A DNA stretch of 64,000 bases from an uncultured virus (IMG/VR IMGVR_UViG_3300031884_000010) (IMGVR_UViG_3300031884_000010), one strand, 5' to 3'; positions 29,763 through 39,071 are shown, counted from the stretch's first letter. Notes: generated by a model not told the origin, from the letters alone. Numbers and translations: made by a program.

Positions 29763-30284
29763 ATGCCCACCGTAGCAGCCAAGCCCACCACCCCCGGCCT
29801 CGGCCTTCCGATCGCCCCCGTCGCCCAGGGCATCGAGGGCCAGAACGACCTCCTCCTCGACGCCCTCCTCCACCTCTCCGCGAAGTCTGCCACCACGACC
29901 GCGGCCCCCGCCTATCCCGCCGTCGGAGACGCCTACATCGTCCCCGCCAGCGGCACGGGAGCCTTCGCCGGACAGACCAACAACGTGGCCCTCTGTCAGC
30001 CCCAGAGCATCAAGGACGGCGTCCCCTCCGCCGCCGTGAAGTGGGTGTTCCTCGCCCCCAAGCTGGGCATGACCGCCTTCTGCCAGGACACCGGCCTCGA
30101 ATTCGCCTGGAGCGGGACCGCATGGGGCGTCAAGGGCAGCGGTGGCATCCAGGGCCCCCTCACCGCCCCCGCCAACTCCAGCGCCGCGGGCAAGGCCGGC
30201 CAGTGCTACTTCGACGCCTCCGGCCTCCTCTACATCTGCATCGCCACGAACACCTGGCGGAAATTCACGGGTGCCACCTTCTAG
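29763..30284 (+). CDS. DUF2793-like virion protein
   Basis: TAAPAYPAVGDAYIVPASGTGAFAGQ...WVFLAPKLG DUF2793 pattern; C-terminal GKAGQCYFDASGLLYICIATNTWRK fibre-type module. Confidence 0.75.
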   Translation: MPTVAAKPTTPGLGLPIAPVAQGIEGQNDLLLDALLHLSAKSATTTAAPAYPAVGDAYIVPASGTGAFAGQTNNVALCQPQSIKDGVPSAAVKWVFLAPKLGMTAFCQDTGLEFAWSGTAWGVKGSGGIQGPLTAPANSSAAGKAGQCYFDASGLLYICIATNTWRKFTGATF

Positions 30285-30332
30285 GCCCTTGACGATCCCA
30301 ATGTGAATGGTCACGTAGCCATGGAGGCCCGC

Positions 30333-30446
30333 ATGAGCCGAACCGCCCGCACCATCGGCAATCCCCTGGTGTGGGCGGGGCTGGCCCTGTGCCTCCCCGG
30401 CGCCCTGCTGATCCTGGTCGGACAGTGGTTCCAGGAGCGTGGCTGA
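30333..30446 (+). CDS. Small membrane protein (37 aa)
   Basis: MSRTARTIGNPLVWAGLALCLPGALLILVGQWFQERG; GGAGG SD. Confidence 0.5.
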   Translation: MSRTARTIGNPLVWAGLALCLPGALLILVGQWFQERG

Positions 30447-30535
30447 TCGAAGGCCGCGCTACATCGCCCAACCCGGACCACCTCCCGACTGAGCACCGCC
30501 CCGCCAAGGGAATCTGGCTGGGCGGAGACACGCTG

Positions 30536-31177
30536 ATGGATCGCCTGAATGCCCTCTTTACCCTCGCCGAGCACCTCGCCCGCGATCCCGAGGCATCACG
30601 AGCCATCCAGAAGGCACAAGCCGAAACACGGCCCATCGAGAAGTCGGACTACGACCAGAACCGCCGCGGGCGGATCGTCCATGTCCACAACAAGGTGCTT
30701 CCGCGAGGACAGGAACAGCTACCTGCAGGGGTCGTACGGGGTGGAAAGACTGAAATCACGGCGTTGCTCAACAACACAGCCAAAGGGTTCTCGGCCGTGC
30801 GATTCGGCGATGTGGATACAAATCAAGCCATACGCATCCATGACGCCACTGGGTTCGAGGTGGAGGGATTCCACCACAGGATCGATAAGGCCGCCATCAA
30901 CCATGTAAGGAAGCACCATGGTCCCGGGAACGAAGATGATCCCGCCCTGGAACCAGTCACTGACGACGATATCCTTGCAATCCAATCCATCGTTGCGAAT
31001 CCAGACCACATCGAACGGGGAGAGGACCAGGACACAGGACTACCCAGCATCATCTACACGAAGAAGATGGGCGACACATTCGTGATGGTCGAGGAAATCC
31101 GCTACGGCAGGCGAGAACTCGCCCTCAAGACACTGATGAAGCGCCGAGCAAAGAATGGCCCGGGAGGGAGGCCATGA
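30536..31177 (+). CDS. PBECR3-like ribonuclease (phage barnase/EndoU/colicin E5-D/RelE fold) with N-terminal head-targeting leader
   Basis: GFHHRIDKAAINHVRKHHG...PVTDDDILAIQSIVANPD...IIYTKK...VEEIRYGRRELALKTL; leader carries IQKA and IEKS. Confidence 0.75.
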   Translation: MDRLNALFTLAEHLARDPEASRAIQKAQAETRPIEKSDYDQNRRGRIVHVHNKVLPRGQEQLPAGVVRGGKTEITALLNNTAKGFSAVRFGDVDTNQAIRIHDATGFEVEGFHHRIDKAAINHVRKHHGPGNEDDPALEPVTDDDILAIQSIVANPDHIERGEDQDTGLPSIIYTKKMGDTFVMVEEIRYGRRELALKTLMKRRAKNGPGGRP

Positions 31178-31447
31178 CGCGAGTCTGTGCCTTGCGGCCC
31201 ACCTCATACGCCCAAAGCGTTTCGGCTGGGGCTCCCCACCGGGCATGTAAAGGTTGGGGCCACTTGGGACCGAACGCAAGTCCTTACGCTCACGACCAAA
31301 GGGGGTTCCCGGTGAAGTCGGCGGCGATGTTATACCCTCCGACCCTACGCGCTGCGACCTACATTCGCCCGGAACACAGCGGGAGCGGGAACCAGAGTCA
31401 GGTTGAGCCCATCCCCACCAACCCGCAAGCCCCTTTGTGAGCACCAC

Positions 31448-34400
31448 ATGACCCAGCCCATCCAATTCCGCGACGCCGCCGGCAACGACCTCGACTGGAG
31501 GATCGTCGGGTGGTCGGCTGTCATCGCCCCCAAGCCCATCACCACCCCGGACATCGACGGTGCCGCGGACCAGGCGGAACCCCCGGGCCGGATCCGCAAG
31601 GGCACCGAGGCCCCCAGCTACAAGCGCGGGCGACTGGTGTTCCAGGGGATCCCTGTGGTCATCGAGAACCCCAAGGGGAGCGTGCGGAGGGGATATGGGC
31701 CGGATGGGAAGCCGTGGGCGAACGAACTGCAGGCGCACTATGGCTTCATCGCCCGCACCTTCGGCCAGGACGGCGACGGGGTGGACGTATTCGTAGGCCC
31801 GGACCCCGACAGCGACTTCGTGCTCATCATCCACCAGGTGGACCCAGCCACCGGCCAACCGGACGAGGACAAGGTGTGCCTCGGGTTCTCGAGCGCCCTA
31901 GCCGCCAAGACGGCCTACATGGGGAGCTACCAGAAGGGCTGGAAGGGCATGGGGTCCGTCACCCCAACCACGGTCCAGGGGCTGAAAGACTGGATCGCGG
32001 ACGGCCAGACCGACCGCCAGATCCTGAAATCCGAGCCCGATGCCGACGGGTGCCGCTGGATCACCGTCCACCACGGCGGAGGCGAGGGCCAGGCCATCAA
32101 GGTCATGCCGGCCCAGGGCCACAAGGGCACCTGGCGGGTGGTCGGTGGCGCCGGTGGGAGCCTCAACGGCCTCCGACTGCACGGACTCAAGAGCCCCGAG
32201 GAATACCAGAAGGAGGCCAAGGAGCGCCGCCAGCAGCAGAGCCTCGAGAAGAAGAAGCGCCAGCAGGACATGACCCCCGAGGAGCGCCACGCGGACAACG
32301 CGCTCGAGAAAGAAACCAAATCGAAGAACAAAGAGGTCCGGAAGAAGGCGGAGACTGCCTTCGCAGACAAGGTGCTGGGCCCCGAGCAGGGCAGCCTGCT
32401 GGGCGATGACGGGGAGCCCACGCCCGATGACCCCAAGGCCCAGGCCGAACACCACCGGGAGCGCCTGAAGGCAGCCCACATGGCCGTGCGCGAGGCCCAG
32501 AAGAAGCTGGTCCTCGACGTCGAGGCCCGGGTCCAGGCCGGCATCCCCACCATCGGGGGCTTCGCGCCCCACGGGCTGGACATCGATGATCTGGTCTCCG
32601 AGGCGGATCCCAAGGGCCCTGGCTACCAGCGGGCCCTGGCCAAGCGGGCGGAAATGTGCGGCCTGACGGCGGACAAGCTGGCGGAGCAGATCGCAGACAT
32701 CAAGGAGCGCCGGAACGCCGGGGAGGGGAAGCCCAGCCCCGCGGAGCCCGAACAGGCCAAGGATGGGGAGAAAACGGCCCTGCCAGGCATGGAGGGCGCC
32801 GTAGGAAAGGACGACCACGAGACGAAGAAGGCAGCCAACATCGAGGCCCACAAGGCCGGGAAGGAAATCCAAGCCCACAAGGCCGCGGCCACCCGGGAGG
32901 CCGTGAAGGAGGTCATCAAGAAGAACGAGAACCTGGCAGCGCTCCTGCAGGCCCGGAAGGAACTGCGGGCCGTCTATAAGGCCGCCACCCCGGAGGCCAA
33001 GGAGCGGGTGTTCGCCGAGGGGTTCCAGATGGCCGTCGGGGAGGGCGACACCGCCGCGCTCGAGCAGGACGTCTATCAGCAGATGCTCACCAACAACGTC
33101 GTGGGCTTCCTGCGGGAAGTCGGGGAAGCCTATCCCGAGGGAGAGCCCCTGGACCGCTTCGACCCCAAGGCCATGGAGGGCTTGCACGCCACCCGCGGGG
33201 CCGCTGCCTTCGACGCCCTGCACGAGATCGCCCTGGCGGCCGTGGGCCAGGGGATGATCGAGCGCGACGTCGTGGAGGCCCTGGGCCCGGAGGGTGCCGC
33301 CCAGCTAGTGGGCCGGGGCATCCGGAGGGAGTTCAGCCCGGAGGACCAGGCGTCCATCCTCGAAGCCCTGGAGCACCACCACCTGAAAGAACAAGAGGCC
33401 CTGCCCGGCGTCGTGGACGAGGCCCAGGCACTGAAGGCCGAAGCCAACCGCCTCCGGGCGGACCTGGCGGAGAACCCCCGCGACCTGACCATGGCCGTGG
33501 AGATGCAGAAGAACCGCCTGGCCACCTTGAAGGAAGCCCGACGGACCCTGGGAGGAGCACTGGGCCGCCTCGAGGCCCGGGCAGCCCTGATCGCCGATCT
33601 GCAGCGGGGCAAGGACCAGGACATGATGACCCTCCCCCTGGGGAAGATGACCCCGGAGAAGGCGGTCCAGACCGCGGCCTCCATGGGCATGAAGGAGGGC
33701 GACTACAAGATCGACCACGAGAGCGGCGAGGCCGTGATCCACATGAACCCGCAGGGCCAGGACCGCCTGGTGCAGCCGGTGGACATGGCGGCCACCCACG
33801 AGCGGGACCTGGCCCTGGCCATCAAGGGCGGCCAGCTTGACACGCCCGGATACCTCCCCAAAGGCTTCGCCGATCGCACCGACAGCCGATACGACCACCC
33901 CATCCAGGAGGCCCCCCAGTTCCGCAAGCGCCTCCAGGTGACCGACGGCATGAGCCCCACGGAGGTCCACGACGCCCTGGCGGACCATGTTGGGGCCCGG
34001 ATCGCCGATGGGGAGCGCCCCTCGGACATCCTGAACGACGTCATGTCGGGAACCTTCATGGCGGACAGCGTCCACGAGGGAGCGATGAAGGACTACGTCG
34101 ACACCCTGCAGCAGGTGTTTCCCCTCCAGGAGCAGGTGAAGGACAAGGACGGGAAGCCGGTCGTCCAGAAGGCCGAGGACGGCACCGAATATCCCAAGAT
34201 GCGCCTCCGCACGATGGAGGAACTGGCCCCCCACTTCGACAAGATGCTGGACGCCTACCTGACCAAGCAGGGCGTGGCCGGCGACGCGGCACTGTCCCGC
34301 CAGCGCGTGGATGCCGACCACCCAGACTTCGCCGAGGCGGTCCACCGATCGCTGGCGGAGGACCCCCGGACGGTCGCCGCATTTACCCCTCCCGGGGAAC

Positions 34401-36850
34401 TCACACCCGAGCACCAAAGCCACATCCGCGACTACTTCTACCGGGAAATCAAGGGCGTGGACCCCGAGGCCCATCGCGCCAAGGCTGAATCCCAGGTGGA
34501 CGGCCCCCCCGACAAGGCCGGCGAGGAACCCAAGCCGAAGGCCGCAGCCCAGACCAAAGACGAGAAGGTCCACACCCGCGCCATGGAGATCGCCGGCCCC
34601 CAGCCGGAGGAATGGGAAGTGGATATGTTCGGGGAGCAGACCCACTCCCCCGTCTGGGTCGACTGGAAGGCCCGCTATGACGGCGCCAAGGAGGCCGCGG
34701 AGAACGGCCAGGACGGCGACCTCGAGGCCAACACCAGCACCTACATCGCCCCCAGTGGGCAGAAGGTCCAGGCGTCGGCCGCGGCCCCCCAGGTCGAGGA
34801 CAGCCCATGGGCGCAGTATGTCCAGGCCATGGGAGGGCTGAAGCAGGCCCAGGCCGCGGTCCAGGACAGCATGAAGGGAGCCTTTGCCCAGCGGTTCAAG
34901 GCCCAGCACGAGCGCCTCACCGGCAAGGGCCTGAAGCTGGGCCAGACAGACCTCGCGCACCGGGAGCGGTTCATCGGCGCCACCATGGACCCCGACAAGT
35001 TGGCGGCCATGCGGAAGAACCAGGCCAGCCTCGCCACGGGCCTCCGGAAGCGCGACTCCCGCGGCCGTCTCCAGGAAGGCGCCGTGGCCGACATGATGGA
35101 GGAGGCCCGGAAGAAGCGCCAGGCAGCCCTCCAGGGCCAGGCACCCCTATTCGAGAAGGAGGAGGAGCCCGGCCTGCGCCCCACCCTCGGCCCCACCCTC
35201 GAGGCCCAGATCCGAGCCCACATCCCGGGCCTGGCCGTTGCCTTCGAAGGAATTCGGCGGGGGATGAACGTCCACGAGAAGGTGGCGATGGACGGCGACA
35301 AGAAGGTCCAGCAGCGGGCCATCCGAGCCATCATCCACCTGCAGCGCCAGGGGCTCTTCCTCGGCGCCGGATCCGGCAAGACGCCGATCATGCTGGGGAG
35401 CCTCACGGAACTCCACCACAGCGGGAAGGTCAAGAAGTCCATCCTGGCGGTGCCCAGCATCGTGCAGAAGCAGTTCGGGGCAGAAGCCATCCGGTTCATC
35501 GACCCCAACAGTGGCTTCCATGTCCACGCCCAGCCGGGCGAGAGCTATGAGGAGCGCCTCCGGGCCTACCAGGACCCCGACAAGCACGCCGTGGTCGTCA
35601 CCCACCAGAGCCTGCGGGATGACACCCTGCACATCCTGGGCGACCACCTGGGCATGGACCCCGAGCGGACCCACGACTGGGCCATGAGCGTGCCCAAGGA
35701 CAAACTGGCCAACACCGTGAAGGAAGCATTCGCCAAGGCCGGCATCGACTTCCAGGCCCTCATGGTGGACGAGGCCCACGGGGCCCTGGACCGACTCGGG
35801 AAGGAGGACAGCACCTTCTCCCGCATCATGGACGCCCACAGCCGGAACGTCTCCCACATGGTCATGGCCACGGCCGACCCCATGAAGAACGACGTCTCCG
35901 AGATTTACAGCGACCTGAACCACCTGGACCCCCACAACTACCCCGACGAGGGCAAGGACGAGTTCATGCGCCGGTTTGGCGGGGACGCCGAACTGTGCAA
36001 GCGCAGCCTGGCCCAGCAGCTGACCCGCTACTGGACCAACGGCCGCGTCACCCTCCCCAAAGAGGCCCACCGGGTGGATGACGGGATCGAACTCGAGCCC
36101 CACCAGCACGAGGCCGTGGCCAAGGTCGACATGGCCGTGGGCAAGCTCCGGACGGGCGCCGAGGGCGAGGAACGCCTGAAGTGGGCCAAGGAACTGGCCC
36201 CGGAAGCCTTCGAAGGCCATCCCGAGGGCGACCATGAGGCCATCGCCAAGATGGTGGCCCGCAGCGTGGGCACCTTCCGCGAGTCGGCCATGAACCGGAT
36301 CATCAACCTGGACCCCGCCGGCGGGAAGATGATCGCAGCCGTGAAGCAGGCCAAGGACGCGAAGGCCGAGGGCAAGCCCATGGTCATCTTTGCCCGGAAC
36401 CTGGGCGCCGTGGCCTCCCTGCACAAGAACCTCGAGGCCGCGGGCCTGAAGGTGGCCAGCCTCACCGGCAAGGACTCCAGCAAGAACAAGGGCGAGAAGG
36501 TGTCGGCCTACCAGCGGGGCGAGAACGATGTGATCGTGATGAGCGACGCCGGCGCCGTCGGGGCCAACCTGCAGGAAGGCAAGATCCTGGTGAACTATGA
36601 CCAGGCGAACACGGCCATGCTGATGAACCAGAGGCAGGCCCGGATCAACCGGATCGGCCAGACCGACAACGTGGAGATCCGGCACCTGCTGGCGAACCAC
36701 AGCTGGGAGAAGCAGAACACCGAGCGCGTGAAGCGGAAGGATACCCTGGGGGCCGTGTTCCAGAGCCCCGAGGGCTTCCTGGACGACACCGGCCTCGCCG
36801 GCGACCTCCGCGAGATCCGGGCCCGCAGGAACCAGGAGAGAGTGGCATGA
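31448..36850 (+). CDS. Polyvalent protein: InPase (inorganic pyrophosphatase-like) domain plus SNF2/SWI2 helicase
   Basis: IENPKGSVRRG..HYGFI..DGDGVDVFVG..DEDKVCLGF InPase motifs; helicase motifs GAGSGKT, VDEAH, GANLQ, QRQARINRIGQ. Confidence 0.88.
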   Translation: MTQPIQFRDAAGNDLDWRIVGWSAVIAPKPITTPDIDGAADQAEPPGRIRKGTEAPSYKRGRLVFQGIPVVIENPKGSVRRGYGPDGKPWANELQAHYGFIARTFGQDGDGVDVFVGPDPDSDFVLIIHQVDPATGQPDEDKVCLGFSSALAAKTAYMGSYQKGWKGMGSVTPTTVQGLKDWIADGQTDRQILKSEPDADGCRWITVHHGGGEGQAIKVMPAQGHKGTWRVVGGAGGSLNGLRLHGLKSPEEYQKEAKERRQQQSLEKKKRQQDMTPEERHADNALEKETKSKNKEVRKKAETAFADKVLGPEQGSLLGDDGEPTPDDPKAQAEHHRERLKAAHMAVREAQKKLVLDVEARVQAGIPTIGGFAPHGLDIDDLVSEADPKGPGYQRALAKRAEMCGLTADKLAEQIADIKERRNAGEGKPSPAEPEQAKDGEKTALPGMEGAVGKDDHETKKAANIEAHKAGKEIQAHKAAATREAVKEVIKKNENLAALLQARKELRAVYKAATPEAKERVFAEGFQMAVGEGDTAALEQDVYQQMLTNNVVGFLREVGEAYPEGEPLDRFDPKAMEGLHATRGAAAFDALHEIALAAVGQGMIERDVVEALGPEGAAQLVGRGIRREFSPEDQASILEALEHHHLKEQEALPGVVDEAQALKAEANRLRADLAENPRDLTMAVEMQKNRLATLKEARRTLGGALGRLEARAALIADLQRGKDQDMMTLPLGKMTPEKAVQTAASMGMKEGDYKIDHESGEAVIHMNPQGQDRLVQPVDMAATHERDLALAIKGGQLDTPGYLPKGFADRTDSRYDHPIQEAPQFRKRLQVTDGMSPTEVHDALADHVGARIADGERPSDILNDVMSGTFMADSVHEGAMKDYVDTLQQVFPLQEQVKDKDGKPVVQKAEDGTEYPKMRLRTMEELAPHFDKMLDAYLTKQGVAGDAALSRQRVDADHPDFAEAVHRSLAEDPRTVAAFTPPGELTPEHQSHIRDYFYREIKGVDPEAHRAKAESQVDGPPDKAGEEPKPKAAAQTKDEKVHTRAMEIAGPQPEEWEVDMFGEQTHSPVWVDWKARYDGAKEAAENGQDGDLEANTSTYIAPSGQKVQASAAAPQVEDSPWAQYVQAMGGLKQAQAAVQDSMKGAFAQRFKAQHERLTGKGLKLGQTDLAHRERFIGATMDPDKLAAMRKNQASLATGLRKRDSRGRLQEGAVADMMEEARKKRQAALQGQAPLFEKEEEPGLRPTLGPTLEAQIRAHIPGLAVAFEGIRRGMNVHEKVAMDGDKKVQQRAIRAIIHLQRQGLFLGAGSGKTPIMLGSLTELHHSGKVKKSILAVPSIVQKQFGAEAIRFIDPNSGFHVHAQPGESYEERLRAYQDPDKHAVVVTHQSLRDDTLHILGDHLGMDPERTHDWAMSVPKDKLANTVKEAFAKAGIDFQALMVDEAHGALDRLGKEDSTFSRIMDAHSRNVSHMVMATADPMKNDVSEIYSDLNHLDPHNYPDEGKDEFMRRFGGDAELCKRSLAQQLTRYWTNGRVTLPKEAHRVDDGIELEPHQHEAVAKVDMAVGKLRTGAEGEERLKWAKELAPEAFEGHPEGDHEAIAKMVARSVGTFRESAMNRIINLDPAGGKMIAAVKQAKDAKAEGKPMVIFARNLGAVASLHKNLEAAGLKVASLTGKDSSKNKGEKVSAYQRGENDVIVMSDAGAVGANLQEGKILVNYDQANTAMLMNQRQARINRIGQTDNVEIRHLLANHSWEKQNTERVKRKDTLGAVFQSPEGFLDDTGLAGDLREIRARRNQERVA

Positions 36851-37167
36851 GCACCCAGACCCCCCAGCCAGCCGCCAAGGACCCCCAGCAGCCCCAGGAG
36901 GGCCAGGAGGAGGCCCAGGCCACCCTCGACCCCATGGAGGAGGCCCGCCACCTGCTGGCCGGTATCGAGGCGGACATCCAGGGTGGTCAGGCGGAACTCG
37001 CCCGGACCCTCCACGAAGGCCACGAGCATTTCCGCAAGGGCATGGAGAAGGCCACCAAGGGCCTCCAGGACGAGGATCTGGACAACTGGACGCACCAGGC
37101 CGCGGCCCTGGCGAGGGTCCAGGACGCCACCGCGGGGGTCAAAATGCCATCCGAGGACAAAAGTTGA
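36847..37167 (+). CDS. Hypothetical protein
   Basis: 106 aa, ATGA-coupled to helicase gene. Confidence 0.7.
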   Translation: MSTQTPQPAAKDPQQPQEGQEEAQATLDPMEEARHLLAGIEADIQGGQAELARTLHEGHEHFRKGMEKATKGLQDEDLDNWTHQAAALARVQDATAGVKMPSEDKS

Positions 37168-37208
37168 GGTAGGTCGAAAAAAACTTCAACGATTCGGAGT
37201 ATTAGGGA

Positions 37209-37267
37209 TGGACAATGGTGCGCGACGCCCCATTCTGACTGTGCGCCCCGAAAAGCGCCCACAGGAG
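37209..37267 (+). promoter_or_regulatory. Putative promoter TGGACA-16-CATTCT with leader hairpin and SD
   Basis: Same layout recurs at 39223-39282. Confidence 0.5.
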
Positions 37268-37272
37268 CCCAC

Positions 37273-37542
37273 ATGAACAACACCGAGTTCAACGCCCTAG
37301 TCGCCGGTGACCTGGTGCGGGTCATCAAGTCCGGCAAGGTCTACCGGACCCGCACGGTCGTCACCCTGGCCCAGAAGCAGGAGCAGAACGAGCGCTTCGC
37401 TGCCGGCACCAGCACCTGCCGCTGGGACCGGATGGAGCGCAACTCCACCGACTTCCTCATGCAGCGCGACGGCAAGGACTTCGGCCCCATCCGCGACCTC
37501 AAGCCTGAGAACATCGAGCGAGTGGACGGGGGTGCGAAGTGA
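37273..37542 (+). CDS. Hypothetical early protein
   Basis: 89 aa, AGGAG SD. Confidence 0.75.
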   Translation: MNNTEFNALVAGDLVRVIKSGKVYRTRTVVTLAQKQEQNERFAAGTSTCRWDRMERNSTDFLMQRDGKDFGPIRDLKPENIERVDGGAK

Positions 37543-37817
37543 GCCCCGTCGAGAAACTGATCTCCGACGCCGCCAAGGCCAACATGAGCATCAAGTGGGA
37601 GGAGCCCTACAAGGTGGAGATCCGCCGGCGGGGCAGCGACCGCCCGGTGATCATCTACCTCAAGGGCCTCGACGCCTTCGACTGGGCCTTCCAGGTCCCC
37701 GCCCCCAAAGGGCCCTCCCCCAAGACCATCCGCACCATCCAGGGGGTTCGCACCGCCCTCGCCCTCACACCCAAGAACGACGATGGCTATGCCGAGCGCA
37801 TGCAGGGGGTCCAATGA
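37539..37817 (+). CDS. Hypothetical early protein
   Basis: 92 aa, GTGA overlap. Confidence 0.7.
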   Translation: MSPVEKLISDAAKANMSIKWEEPYKVEIRRRGSDRPVIIYLKGLDAFDWAFQVPAPKGPSPKTIRTIQGVRTALALTPKNDDGYAERMQGVQ

Positions 37818-38095
37818 GCACCCACGCCCCAGGCCCCTGGATCGCCCTGCCGGAAGCCTTCCTGCACCAGACCAGGATCATGAACGAGAACAGGGAGACG
37901 GTCGCCGTCGTCCCCGTCTGGACCGACGGCACCGAGAACGAGCACATCATCGAGGCCGCGCCGGACATGCTCAAGGCCCTCCAGACCATCGAGAGGATCG
38001 TGCTGGACGACTACACCATCGAGGAAACCATCAACGGGAAGGCCATCCTGCTCCAGATTCGGAACGCCGTCGCCGCGGCCGAAGGGAGGGGATGA
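37814..38095 (+). CDS. Conserved small phage protein (HxPGPW...AAPDML type)
   Basis: MSTHAPGPW...IIEAAPDMLKALQ; ATGA overlap. Confidence 0.7.
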   Translation: MSTHAPGPWIALPEAFLHQTRIMNENRETVAVVPVWTDGTENEHIIEAAPDMLKALQTIERIVLDDYTIEETINGKAILLQIRNAVAAAEGRG

Positions 38096-38388
38096 TGGAC
38101 ATCGCCACCCTCAGCCAGACCACCTACGCCTGCCCGCAGGCCATCTACGACGCCGTGCAGCACGCCATGCGCGAAGGAACCGTGGAGATGGTTTTCCAAC
38201 GGGCCCCCACCTACGCCGTGCCAGAGATGCCTGTCGATGCCGGGCCCATCATCTACACGCTGGTCACCCTCTGGTGGCCCACCTTGCCGAAGAAGGACGA
38301 CCGATGGATGCCGTGCAAGATGCTCCGCTGGCAGGTGCCGGCCATCGGCGGGGGAACCCGCATCGTCGGATACGGACCCGCCCGATGA
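38092..38388 (+). CDS. Hypothetical early protein
   Basis: ATGA overlap, GGGAGG SD. Confidence 0.65.
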   Translation: MMDIATLSQTTYACPQAIYDAVQHAMREGTVEMVFQRAPTYAVPEMPVDAGPIIYTLVTLWWPTLPKKDDRWMPCKMLRWQVPAIGGGTRIVGYGPAR

Positions 38389-38603
38389 ACACCGTCCTGC
38401 CAGCCGGACCATACTCCGACCTCGCCAAGCACACGGGGGGCGTCGCCAAGCTGGCGGAGGCCCTGCATGTGGACCGCAAGACGATCCGCACCGCAGCTGT
38501 CGCAGGCCGATGGCTCACGGGCGAACCAGGGGCACGCCTGAAGGCCCTGTGCCACGCCTACAAGGTCACGATCCCGGAAGGGATGAAACCAGACTGGGTC
38601 TGA
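38385..38603 (+). CDS. Cro-like helix-turn-helix protein
   Basis: GGVAKLAEALHVDRKTIR HTH pattern; 72 aa. Confidence 0.7.
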   Translation: MNTVLPAGPYSDLAKHTGGVAKLAEALHVDRKTIRTAAVAGRWLTGEPGARLKALCHAYKVTIPEGMKPDWV

Positions 38604-38606
38604 GCC

Positions 38607-38747
38607 TCACGCGGCCCAGGGGAGGCTAAGTCGCCCCCCTGGCTCCGCAGGAATGTCAGGGGGGGCACCCTCAGCCGCAGGCGCGAACTGGAACGCCTGG
38701 GCCTCGAGGAAGGAACCGAGGGAGAAAACGCAGACTGGCATGAACAT
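38607..38747 (-). CDS. Small orphan ORF (46 aa) with its own promoter
   Basis: MFMPVCVFSLGSFLEAQAFQFAPAAEGAPPDIPAEPGGRLSLPWAA; AGGAGG SD. Confidence 0.5.
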   Translation of the reverse strand: MFMPVCVFSLGSFLEAQAFQFAPAAEGAPPDIPAEPGGRLSLPWAA

Positions 38748-38765
38748 ATAAAGCCTCCTGCTACC

Positions 38766-38793
38766 AGGGTAGGCCGTTCGTTGTGCATGTCAA
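38766..38793 (-). promoter_or_regulatory. Sigma70-like promoter TTGACA-16-TACCCT
   Basis: Perfect -35 at 38793-38788; -10-like hexamer at 38771-38766 just upstream of the SD. Confidence 0.55.
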
Positions 38794-38835
38794 CAATTCG
38801 ACACATTAACACAAAGCAGACCCAGTCCAGAGGCA

Positions 38836-38860
38836 AATAAAAAGGCCCCCGAAGGGGCCT
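38836..38860 (-). terminator. Intrinsic terminator
   Basis: Minus strand AGGCCCC-TTCG-GGGGCCT followed by TTTTAT. Confidence 0.85.
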
Positions 38861-39071
38861 AGTTCCGCGGTGCTTCCAGATTCCGGACTGTGCGGACGCG
38901 TCTGCCGATTACGCTGCTGGACCAGGGCCAGATCGCCTATCCCACGGCGCTGACATCCTCGGGCTCTTGAGGGAGCAGGGACGAGGAGAATAAAGATCGC
39001 AGGGCACCCAGGAGTGCGCCCAGGCCATGTTCCGCGCCAGCAAAACGATGTGGCCCTGCGAAGTCAAAGAA

